A stretch of DNA of 32,000 nucleotides from contig OY760941.1 of NCBI GenBank assembly GCA_963664265.1, positions 1,064,859-1,096,858 on the forward strand, in the 5' to 3' direction. The translations under genes and the position numbers were made by a program. The notes beneath the pieces were generated by a model. It saw nothing but the letters and a program-made list of their open reading frames with translations, ran no database searches and was not told where the DNA came from. The stretch is from Marinilabiliaceae bacterium. GTDB lineage: Bacteria > Bacteroidota > Bacteroidia > Bacteroidales > Marinilabiliaceae. Of this stretch, positions 22,264-30,392 are shown one piece after another; positions within the stretch are counted from its first letter, which is position 1; every line of letters starts with the position of its first letter.

Positions 22264-25200
22264 TTAAAAAGTGATTTGTACCCCCATAACAAATGACCGA
22301 GTAAATGGGAAGATCAAATTATCCACTCCTGTATTGAAAACACTACTGGAAGCAAATTCAGGATCGATACCATCATATTTAGTCCAAGTAAAAAGGTTTT
22401 CGCCACTGACATAAAAACGAGCCTTTTCGAACCCAGCCCTATTGATCAGGGTGCCGGGCAATGAATAGCCCAACTGGATATTGCGCAGGCGGATAAAATC
22501 GCCATCTTCAAGAAACCGGTCACTTTCCCTGGCATTGCCATTGGGGTCGCCCAAAACCGCACGGGGCACAGAAGTTTTGGTATTGGCAGGAGTCCAAGCA
22601 TTGAGCGTGGTAGCCAACATGTTGGTACCTGAACTCATCCCTTCATAGAAGTAACGGTTACCATTATAGAGCTTATGTCCCCAACCACTGCCTATCAGAA
22701 ATGAAAAGTCAAAACCTTTATAGGAGGCTCCTCCCGACAAGTTAACCTCAGCCTTAGGCATACCAGTTCCACAATAAACCTTATCACTCTCATTTATTTC
22801 ACCATTCCCATCGACATCCATAAATCTAACATCACCAGGTTTGGCATCAGCCTGCAACAGGACACCATCCTTATTAACATGCTTATTCACCTCATCCATT
22901 GACTGGAACAAACCATCTGTCTGATAAAGGAAGAAAGCCCCAACTGGACGTCCCTCCATGGTTTGGGTAGGGAAATGCTCAGTACCATATTTCAAGCCGC
23001 TGCCATAAATCACTTGACCTTTATCGGCCAATTTGGCAACTTCATTTTTCAATGTCGTCAGGTTCAATCCCACATTATAGTTGAACTGTCCTTTGTTTTT
23101 CACATAATTCAACTCAAACTCGATGCCCCTATTACGAATTTCGCCCACATTCAAAATGGGATGGACCATCCCGGCCGATTCGGGCAATTTCTTCCGGATC
23201 AAAAGATCCTTGGTATTGGTCTGATAGAAATTCAAGGTTCCTGAAATAGAATTGTCAAACAACCCATAATCAAATCCAACATTTAATGACTCAGTGGTCT
23301 CCCATTTCAAGGTACGGTTTTCGAAACCTGGGGAGATGCTTCCAGCCCATGGATTGGATCCGTTACCTTGAACATAGCCATACCACAAGCCATTGTCCGA
23401 TTCGATGAGTGATTGGAAATCATAATAGCCCAAAACAGCCTCGTTGCCCAAACGACCCCAGCTGCCTCGGATTTTGATATTGGAGATGGCTTCGATCTCA
23501 GGAAAGAAAGTCTCTTCGGTAATCCGCCATCCCAGTGCAACGGATGGGAAATTCCCCCAGCGGTTGTCTTTTCCAAACTTGGAAGATCCATCCCGGCGCA
23601 AGGTAAATTGAACCAAATATTTATCGGCATAATTATAATTTACCCGTCCAAAGAATGAGGCGCGATTGTATTCATAGTTTGATCCATCTCCCGAAAAAGT
23701 TCCGCCACCACCGGCGCCGATAGTCATAAAATATTCATCTAGGAAACCTCCAGGCTTCACGGTGGTTTCAATCTTGCCATCCTTAACTGAGTACACGGTA
23801 GTTTTTCCCTCAACACCCACCGTATTCCAATTGGATTTATTCTTTTGAACCTCACTACCAAGCATCACATTGAAAGAATGGTGGTTATAGAGCTTATTAA
23901 TGGATACCACATTGTTGATCACTTGGCTTTCATAGTAAGTCCGTTTTTCCTGATAATAAGGATACTCATTAGGCACCTTAGGATCTGCCGTAAAGGTAGG
24001 TCTGTGATAGAAGGCTTGTGTATTGAGTCCCCGATAGGAATAACTGGTTTTAAACTGCAACCAGCTTGTGAAATTGGCAGCAACCGAGAAGTTAGCATTA
24101 ATGTCCTGCCCTTTGCTCCAACTGGTGACATAATGCTCCTGAGCCACCGGATTCACATTATTGGGCACCCCATCCTTATTGGTCAAGCCAAAGCCAAATT
24201 CTTCATCTTGATCATAAACGGGAACCAATGGGGTAATCATATAAAGCTCTTTGAGGCTGAAATTGGGCTGCTTGCTCTTGGAGGAAGCAAAGCTCATTTG
24301 GCCATTGACATCAAAGATTGATTTCTTGAAATTGACATTTATGCGGCCATTCTGTTGCTTGTAGCTGTTGTCGATGAAGATTCCCTTCTCATCGGAAACA
24401 TTGGAGGCTATTGCAAAAGTGAGGTTTTCCACGCCACCCCGAATCCCAATGCTGTGGTTTTGGGCCAGACCATTGCGGAAGGCCTCGTCCTGCCAATCCG
24501 TATTTGCCCTTGAAGGTGCCGTAATATAAGCAGGCAAGTCTTCTCCGGCATTCTCATACATCATACGGTGTACTTTTTTATACCCCTCGGCATCCAACAG
24601 CTCTAATTGATTGTTCACTTGGGTCAACGACACATACGAATTCAAATCCACCACCACATCGCCAGCTTTTCCCCGCTTCGTATTGACAATGATCACACCG
24701 TTGGCTGCCTCAGAACCATAAATAGCTGCCGCAGCACCATCCTTTAGCACCTCCATGGATTCGATGTCTGATGGATTGACATTCGTAATCGAACCAGGAA
24801 AACCGTCGATGATGTACAAGGGTTGGTTATTACCGGTAGTATTGGTACCCCGAATCTTGACATAAACGCCTTCGCCTGCACGACCTCCGAATTTTTGGAT
24901 GTTCACCCCAGCCACTCGACCTTGCAATGCTTCAGCCGGATTGGTTGTTGCCTTGATGGTCAACTCTTCACCTTTTACTGAAGTTATGGAGGCTGTCAGG
25001 TCGCTCTTTCGCATCACGCCATAACCCACCACAACCACTTCGTCGAGGTTTTCGCCGTCAACTGCCAAATCCACATTGACCACACTTTGCGATCCAACAA
25101 CCACCTCTTGGGGCTTGTAACCGATGTACGAAAAAACAACTGTGGCATTTTCAGGAACTTGAAGGTTATAGGCACCGTTCAGATCGGTAATGGTTCCTGT

Positions 25201-25650
25201 GGTGGTGCCTTTCACAACTACATTGGCACCAATCAATAGCTCCCCTGTTTTGGCATCTTTCACAACTCCTTTAATCTCCTTCTGTTGCTGAGCCTGAATA
25301 TCTCTAACTTGGCTACGGGTTACCACCACTAGATGGTTGTCCATAATTTGTGCTTTTGCAGAATTCTGCTCCAGCACTGTTTTCAAAAATTGGTCAACAT
25401 CTTGATTTTGCACATCCACATCGATCTTTTTGTTCAACTCCGGAAGGTCGTCGTTGAAAAGAAAGCGGTAGGCACTTTTTTGCTCAATCATGGTGAGCAC
25501 CTGCTTTACAGTGATGCTTCGCGCCGTGATGGAAATCTTTCCACTATCAATGCTCATTGTCTGCATTCCTGTTGCAAAAATATGCAACGGAACCATCAGC
25601 ATAAGGGCTAAAACAGCGACTTTTCTGCTAAATAGATTTTTCCATTTCAT
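22264..25650 (-). CDS. susC: SusC/RagA-family TonB-dependent outer-membrane transporter with an N-terminal STN signalling domain (transducer type)
   Basis: The 1128-aa product starts with an STN-like region (ITVKQVLTMIEQKSAYRFLFNDDL). A carboxypeptidase-regulatory-like domain (IKGVVKDAKTGELLIGANVVVKGTTTGTITDLNGAY), a plug and a barrel follow. The protein ends in C-terminal ...GVQITF. Confidence 0.95.
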   Translation of the reverse strand: MKWKNLFSRKVAVLALMLMVPLHIFATGMQTMSIDSGKISITARSITVKQVLTMIEQKSAYRFLFNDDLPELNKKIDVDVQNQDVDQFLKTVLEQNSAKAQIMDNHLVVVTRSQVRDIQAQQQKEIKGVVKDAKTGELLIGANVVVKGTTTGTITDLNGAYNLQVPENATVVFSYIGYKPQEVVVGSQSVVNVDLAVDGENLDEVVVVGYGVMRKSDLTASITSVKGEELTIKATTNPAEALQGRVAGVNIQKFGGRAGEGVYVKIRGTNTTGNNQPLYIIDGFPGSITNVNPSDIESMEVLKDGAAAAIYGSEAANGVIIVNTKRGKAGDVVVDLNSYVSLTQVNNQLELLDAEGYKKVHRMMYENAGEDLPAYITAPSRANTDWQDEAFRNGLAQNHSIGIRGGVENLTFAIASNVSDEKGIFIDNSYKQQNGRINVNFKKSIFDVNGQMSFASSKSKQPNFSLKELYMITPLVPVYDQDEEFGFGLTNKDGVPNNVNPVAQEHYVTSWSKGQDINANFSVAANFTSWLQFKTSYSYRGLNTQAFYHRPTFTADPKVPNEYPYYQEKRTYYESQVINNVVSINKLYNHHSFNVMLGSEVQKNKSNWNTVGVEGKTTVYSVKDGKIETTVKPGGFLDEYFMTIGAGGGGTFSGDGSNYEYNRASFFGRVNYNYADKYLVQFTLRRDGSSKFGKDNRWGNFPSVALGWRITEETFFPEIEAISNIKIRGSWGRLGNEAVLGYYDFQSLIESDNGLWYGYVQGNGSNPWAGSISPGFENRTLKWETTESLNVGFDYGLFDNSISGTLNFYQTNTKDLLIRKKLPESAGMVHPILNVGEIRNRGIEFELNYVKNKGQFNYNVGLNLTTLKNEVAKLADKGQVIYGSGLKYGTEHFPTQTMEGRPVGAFFLYQTDGLFQSMDEVNKHVNKDGVLLQADAKPGDVRFMDVDGNGEINESDKVYCGTGMPKAEVNLSGGASYKGFDFSFLIGSGWGHKLYNGNRYFYEGMSSGTNMLATTLNAWTPANTKTSVPRAVLGDPNGNARESDRFLEDGDFIRLRNIQLGYSLPGTLINRAGFEKARFYVSGENLFTWTKYDGIDPEFASSSVFNTGVDNLIFPFTRSFVMGVQITF

Positions 25651-25777
25651 GTTTAATAGATTAATTTAGTAATTTAGTTTGCTGATAAAAAGTTTTTCAA
25701 ACGAAAAAAAAGATATGACAATAGCTCCTTCAACCGGAAGAACCGATTGAACCATTAAAAACACAACGAAAAAACTT

Positions 25778-26770
25778 TTAGTGAATCTCGAAACTGGCGC
25801 CTTTTTGTTTTACCTTAAAATCAAACGCAACTGCCAATCCCTGCATAACTTCCTTAATATCCTCGTCGGTTAAAGAGGCAGATACTTTTGCCGTCATCAG
25901 GCTTTGATTGGCAATCACAATTTCCACATCGTAACGCCGTTCCAACCGTTGGGCGAACTCGCTTAGAGGCATCGCCCGCACGACCCATTTCTTATCACGC
26001 CAAGAAGCTAGGATATCCACATCGGCCTTGCCAACACTCAACTGCCGGTTTTCTTTGGAATAAATAGCCTGCTCACCTGGCGTCATCAAAAGCGATTCGC
26101 CCACATAACCCTCGCGAGTCAATTCCACACAGCCTTCCTCCAAGGATGTCTCCACGATCCCTTTGGAAGTAAAGACATTGAATGCTGTGCCCACCGCCCG
26201 TATGGCCAAATCATCGGCATAGACAAAAAATGGTCGCTCCCGATCCTTTGCCACTTCAAAAAACGCTTCGCCCTCCAAAAAAACACGTCTATCCTTTTGG
26301 TTATAGTCGGAGTAATAAGTCAGCTTTGAATCGGAATTGATCCAAACATGGGTTCCATCGGGCAACACAAACTCACACTTCGAACCTCGCGGAACCAGCA
26401 ATTCATGGGGCATCACCGCCATGGGAGTTTCGGCAGGCTTTTGAACTTTCAAGGCATGAAACCCAACAGTGCTGAGTGCAACCAAAATAAGGGCAGCCGC
26501 AGCATATCTGGCAAACTGCATGACACGCACTCGGGTTTGCTTGCGCTGAAGCTTCTGAGCCAACAATTCGAATCGTTGATAAGCAGTATTGCTAGAATAG
26601 CTCGACGCTTCACCCCTTGCCTCTCCATCCATCCAGATACCCACATAATATTCATACAATGAATAATAAGAAGAATCTTGTAACAATTCTAACAATTGTT
26701 TTTCTTCTTCAACTGAAATATCCTGGGTTAAGAACTTTTTTACTAATTTTTCAAACTGGGGAACTGTCAT
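25778..26770 (-). CDS. FecR-family anti-sigma factor (single TM helix, periplasmic FecR domain)
   Basis: A cytoplasmic N-terminal region precedes the TM segment YAAAALILVALSTVGF. The FecR core reads LPDGTHVWINSDSKL...FFEVAKD..RPFFVY...AVGTAFNV. The start is chosen at ATG 26770; the alternative is 26797. Confidence 0.88.
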   Translation of the reverse strand: MTVPQFEKLVKKFLTQDISVEEEKQLLELLQDSSYYSLYEYYVGIWMDGEARGEASSYSSNTAYQRFELLAQKLQRKQTRVRVMQFARYAAAALILVALSTVGFHALKVQKPAETPMAVMPHELLVPRGSKCEFVLPDGTHVWINSDSKLTYYSDYNQKDRRVFLEGEAFFEVAKDRERPFFVYADDLAIRAVGTAFNVFTSKGIVETSLEEGCVELTREGYVGESLLMTPGEQAIYSKENRQLSVGKADVDILASWRDKKWVVRAMPLSEFAQRLERRYDVEIVIANQSLMTAKVSASLTDEDIKEVMQGLAVAFDFKVKQKGASFEIH

Positions 26771-26887
26771 ATCTTTTGCTTTACATACAAATGACACCTA
26801 AGACAACTAGAAGGGTGACAAACTTTTTAATTATTTTTTGACATTTCTACACACACAAGGATAATAAACTATCATTCAACCACTTCA

Positions 26888-27445
26888 CTACATCATCAGA
26901 TACAAATAATCCTTTAGTGCTTCTTTTAAACGGTTGGTTCCTCTGCTCAGCTGGGTTTTGACCGTATTGACCGATACCTGCAACTGATCGGCAATCTCTT
27001 TATGGGAAAGATTCTCTTCGCGGCTCATGATAAATATGCGGCGGCACTGCTCTGGCAATGAAGCGACCACTTTTTTGATGATGGTTTCAATCTCTAATTG
27101 CTGAGCGAAATCATGGGGAGTCTCCAATTCAACACCGGCCGAATCATTCAACGTAAAATCTTCTGCATGTTTTTGAACGACCTTCTGATGACGCAAAGCA
27201 TTCAAACAGCGATTATGAACCGAACGTATCAAATAATTTTTCAAGGAGGAGTCCACTTCAAGATTAGAGCGGTTCTCCCACAAGTGGAAAAAAACTTGAC
27301 AAACCATCTCCTCCGACATGTCAGAGTCCTTCATATAACGCTTTGCCAGCGAACAGAGAACACCATAATACTGGTGAAAAACTTGTTCAAAGGCTTTCTT
27401 ATCGCCATTCTTAATTCGAAAAACCAACTCAAATTCGCCAACCAT
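26888..27445 (-). CDS. ECF-type RNA polymerase sigma-70 family factor
   Basis: The 185-aa product has a sigma region 2 (FEQVFHQYYGVLCSLAKRYM...) and a region 4 HTH (LSHKEIADQLQVSVNTVKTQLSRG). It is paired with FecR and the STN-SusC. Confidence 0.9.
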   Translation of the reverse strand: MVGEFELVFRIKNGDKKAFEQVFHQYYGVLCSLAKRYMKDSDMSEEMVCQVFFHLWENRSNLEVDSSLKNYLIRSVHNRCLNALRHQKVVQKHAEDFTLNDSAGVELETPHDFAQQLEIETIIKKVVASLPEQCRRIFIMSREENLSHKEIADQLQVSVNTVKTQLSRGTNRLKEALKDYLYLMM

Positions 27446-27467
27446 CCTCGATAAAGATTAATTAAGT

Positions 27468-27498
27468 CAAAAGTAATTTTTTTAACATTTATTACAAA
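27468..27498 (-). promoter_or_regulatory. Candidate Bacteroidota housekeeping-type promoter for the ECF sigma gene: -33 TTTG, N19, -7 TACTTTTG
   Basis: The minus strand reads TTTG(27498..27495)-19 nt-TACTTTTG(27475..27468), which matches TTTG/TAnnTTTG at canonical spacing. The -7 box ends 22 nt upstream of the ATG. Confidence 0.4.
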
Positions 27499-27598
27499 TA
27501 CGAAAGGCGAAATTATCAATAAGTGATCAGATGCGATGTCCTTAATTAGGGTTGACAATGATATAAATAACAGCTAATTTCCCTTATAAAAGAGGACA

Positions 27599-28151
27599 AT
27601 GGAGGCGCAGGAATTTAGAGGAATCCTAAATACACTTGATCAACTGAACACTTATCAGTTCAAACGATTGAAGAAGATGATCCACAAGATTGAATCGTCG
27701 GATCTCGTTGTATTCAACCTAGAAACCAACCCGGAAGTCATAGAATGTCCCCATTGCGGGAGTAAAAAAATTTGGCAATGGGGAAAGAGGACCGGATTAC
27801 AACGGTATCGATGTAAGGAATGCAAAAAAACTTTCAACAGCCTCACTGGAACACCTTTAGCGCACCTGCACAAAAAAGAACATTGGTTACTCTATAGCCA
27901 AAGCCTTCGGAATGGAGACACCGTCAGAAAAGCAGCATCATTTATCAAGATTAACAAGAATACAGCATTTCATTGGCGGCACAGATTCTTACAAAATGCC
28001 AAGAAAGTAAAACCAATTTCGCTAAATGGCATTGTGGAAGCTGAAGAAAAATTTTGTCCAAAATCATACAAAGGAAGTAAATCGCTTAACCGGCTCGCAA
28101 GGAAACGGGGAATTAAGCCCAGTAAAATACACCTTGCTAAAGAACAAATTT
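27599..28151 (+). pseudogene. IS1595-family transposase, N-terminal fragment (Zn-ribbon plus start of the DDE domain), interrupted after codon 184
   Basis: The Zn-ribbon reads CPHCGSKKIWQWGKRTGLQRYRCKECKKTF. It continues with GIVEAEEKFCPKSYKGSK...ARKRG...EQIC. The listed 223-aa ORF continues into the inserted IS66 end and stops at 28270. Confidence 0.8.
28144..28151. repeat. Left copy of the 8-bp target-site duplication ACAAATTT made by the IS66-family insertion
   Basis: It is identical to 29886-29893 and immediately abuts the IS terminal inverted repeat. Confidence 0.85.
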
Positions 28152-28400
28152 GTAACTACTCAGGTATACTCTCTCTCAATAATAAGAAGTCCATTTTTTT
28201 TCAGTTAAGGCAATTTCTGTTCGATGAATCGCTAAAATCACAAAACATTCTGAATATCCAATTCTCGTGAGGTTTAAAATTAAAAATCGCTCCCTTGAGG
28301 TGTTTTTTGTTGATAACATGGTGTGTGAATGTTGATAATAATATGATGTATGTGCAGGCGAAGTTGAATATCTACTACCATCTTTGTGGAAAAGACAAGG

Positions 28401-29813
28401 ATGAATTCACGCGAGTCACTTCAAGAAAAGAGTAAGGATGAATTAATTGATCATATTCTTGATCTTAATGATAAGATTGGCTTGTTGATGAATGCTGTTA
28501 CAGAATTGAAACAGGAGGTTGAGCGGTTGAAGCAGCCAAAGAATAGTCGAAACAGCTCATTACCACCGTCACGGGACTTGTTTCAGTTCAGGAACCAAAG
28601 CATCCGGGAAAAGAGTAACAAAAAAACAGGAGGACAGCCAGGGCATAAAGGCGAGACCTTGGTCATGTCGGCAGATCCTGATTTCACCATCAATCATTAT
28701 CCCAGAGAGACGTGTCCCGATTGCGGGAAGGTGCATGATAAAAGCAGCATGGAAATGGTCGGCAAGAGACAAGTTGTCGACATTCCCCTTGTAAAAGCAA
28801 CGATTACTGAGCATTTGGTGTTTCGATCAAAATGCACCTGTGGGCATTCCTACGAAGGTTCATTTCCTGCCAATATCACTGCTCCTGTGCAGTATGGCAA
28901 CAATCTCACGTCCTTGGTCGCATACTTGAGCGCCCGCCAATATGTCCCAATGTCCCGGCTGTCCGAGTTAGTACATTGCTTTACCAATATATCCCTCAGT
29001 CAAGGAACGATCCATAACATGCTGGATCGGGTAGCCCGGTTGGTTACTCCAATGTACGAAGGGATCAAACGAGACATATGCAAAGCAACTACCGTAGGTG
29101 CCGATGAAACCGGGATGAAGGTTGAAGATAGAAACCATTGGGCTTGGGTTTGGCAAACGCTGCAAGAGACATTTATTGCAATCTCGAAGAGCAGGGGATT
29201 TAATACCATTGCCGAAAAATTTCCGCAAGGGTTTCCAAATGCCATTTATGTGAGCGACTCCCTGAGTGCACAATTAAAAGTGGAGGCCAAGTCGCACCAG
29301 CTCTGCCTTGCGCATATCATCAGAGAACTCAACTATTTTATTGAGAAATTCCAAAACAGTTGGGCTGCTGACATGAAGGCTTTATTACAATCCTCAATTG
29401 CCTTGAAGAAACGGATGACGGCAGATGACTACACCGATCACTTCCCGGAGAGAGCCGATATAATAGAACGATACAAAAAACTGGCGGCACACCCGTGTGA
29501 CGATCAAATACCCAAGCTACCGGCATTACAGAAGAGATTGAAGAAGCACCAACACCATATGTTCAATTTCCTGTTCCATCCGGATGTGCCATTTGACAAC
29601 AATGCTTCAGAACGCGCCATCCGAAATGTGAAAGTCAAACAGAAAGTATCCGGAGCTTTTAGGACAGAGCGTGGTGCTGAAAATTTCGCAATCATACGAT
29701 CCGTGGTCGACACTTTCATTAAAAGAGGATGCGCCCCGCTAGATGAAATAATATTTGCAATAAACCTCGCAACTGCAAAGAAAGGGTTTCTTAATTCGAT
29801 GCAAACTTCATAA
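28401..29813 (+). CDS. IS66-family transposase (TnpC-type DDE)
   Basis: An N-terminal coiled coil or leucine zipper (LNDKIGLLMNAVTELKQEVERLK) is followed by LPPSRD and QPGHKGETL. A Zn-finger (CPDCGKV...CTCGH) is present. The DDE contexts are GADETGMKV, YVSDSLSAQ and DNNASERAIR. The start is ATG 28401; the track starts at GTG 28386. Confidence 0.9.
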   Translation: MNSRESLQEKSKDELIDHILDLNDKIGLLMNAVTELKQEVERLKQPKNSRNSSLPPSRDLFQFRNQSIREKSNKKTGGQPGHKGETLVMSADPDFTINHYPRETCPDCGKVHDKSSMEMVGKRQVVDIPLVKATITEHLVFRSKCTCGHSYEGSFPANITAPVQYGNNLTSLVAYLSARQYVPMSRLSELVHCFTNISLSQGTIHNMLDRVARLVTPMYEGIKRDICKATTVGADETGMKVEDRNHWAWVWQTLQETFIAISKSRGFNTIAEKFPQGFPNAIYVSDSLSAQLKVEAKSHQLCLAHIIRELNYFIEKFQNSWAADMKALLQSSIALKKRMTADDYTDHFPERADIIERYKKLAAHPCDDQIPKLPALQKRLKKHQHHMFNFLFHPDVPFDNNASERAIRNVKVKQKVSGAFRTERGAENFAIIRSVVDTFIKRGCAPLDEIIFAINLATAKKGFLNSMQTS

Positions 29814-29831
29814 TACAATTTACAGTGATGA

Positions 29832-29856
29832 CACCTCAAAGACCTACTTTGAGGTG
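29832..29856 (+). terminator. Perfect 10-bp-stem hairpin (CACCTCAAAG/CTTTGAGGTG, 5-nt loop) inside the IS66 right end, 19 nt after the transposase stop
   Basis: The inverted repeat was read directly. It could be a terminator or a subterminal transposase-binding structure. Confidence 0.4.
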
Positions 29857-29885
29857 GTTCATCATGCAGTGACCTGAGTAGTTAC

Positions 29886-29893
29886 ACAAATTT
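29886..29893. repeat. Right copy of the 8-bp target-site duplication ACAAATTT
   Basis: It is identical to 28144-28151 and abuts the right IS66 terminal repeat. Confidence 0.85.
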
Positions 29894-30318
29894 GCATTTC
29901 GGTCTTTAGGGATCGTAATGGCAACACTATTGATCAAGTCACAAAACACTTAAATGAAGCAGCATTATACCATGCCTTAAAAAGAACCATGAAGCCGGAT
30001 TCACTATTTTGCTCCGACAACAAAGTGCCTTATCGTAAATTCATCAGGAACAACCACATACGACACGGATGCTTAGATCTATCGACCGGAATAGAAGTCA
30101 TTAAGGAAATTGTACACATCCACAACGTTGACGACTATCATAAAAAACTCAACAATTGGATGTTACGATTCCATGGTGTTGCCACCAAATATCTGCCCAA
30201 CTACCTGGCTTGGTTTCGTGAGATGGATGAGTTTGAACAAAAGATTAAAGCCTCGACCTTTTTGCTGAGAGCCAAAGAACCTACGCCATATAAGGTTCAA
30301 CCACAATTTAGGACATAG
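29893..30318 (+). pseudogene. IS1595-family transposase, C-terminal fragment (rest of the DDE domain)
   Basis: The frame is open from the junction: CISVFRDRNGNTIDQV...LFCSDNKVPYRKF...HIHNVDDYHKKLNNWMLRFHGVATKYLPNYLAWF. Deleting 28152-29893 (1742 bp) joins it in frame to codon 184 of the N-terminal fragment, giving about 325 aa. Confidence 0.8.
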
Positions 30319-30330
30319 CCACTTTAAAAC

Positions 30331-30374
30331 AAAAATAAAAAAGCTGGTCACCCCCTTTCAAGGACAACCAGCTT
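30331..30374 (-). terminator. Rho-independent terminator of pheT (8-bp stem AAGCTGGT/ACCAGCTT, 18-nt loop, U-rich run on the minus strand)
   Basis: The inverted repeat at 30341-30374 lies 19 nt after the pheT stop. It is followed, in the minus-strand sense, by TTTTTTATTTTT (30331-30340). Confidence 0.6.
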
Positions 30375-30392
30375 TCGATCTAATAACTTTTT

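Larger units (their letters stand above)
28152..29885 (+). mobile_element. Intact IS66-family insertion sequence, single-ORF type (1734 bp)
   Basis: The terminal inverted repeats are a perfect 14 bp: GTAACTACTCAGGT at 28152-28165 and its reverse complement at 29872-29885. They begin with the IS66-typical GTAA. Identical 8-bp direct repeats flank the element, as expected for IS66. Confidence 0.9.
27533..30319 (+). mobile_element. IS1595-family insertion sequence (about 1.04 kb originally), inactivated by a nested IS66-family insertion
   Basis: Imperfect terminal inverted repeats match at 18 of 22 positions: 27534-27555 (CGATGTCCTTAATTAGGGTTGA) versus the reverse complement of 30297-30318. The transposase stop lies inside the right IR. 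The outermost 1-8 bp of each end are uncertain, and no flanking TSD was found. Confidence 0.65.

Noticed and set aside
28152-28270. The C-terminal 38 residues of the listed 223-aa ORF (27599..28270)
   Set aside because: This tail (NYSGILSLNNKKSIFF...) is read-through into the left end of the inserted IS66 element. It is not part of the original IS1595 transposase.
27525-30327. A search for a target-site duplication flanking the outer IS1595-family element
   Set aside because: The 8 bp outside the best-supported ends (GATCAGAT on the left, CACTTTAA on the right) do not match, and shifting the ends by a few bases gave no direct repeat either. I therefore claim no TSD and treat the exact outer ends as uncertain.
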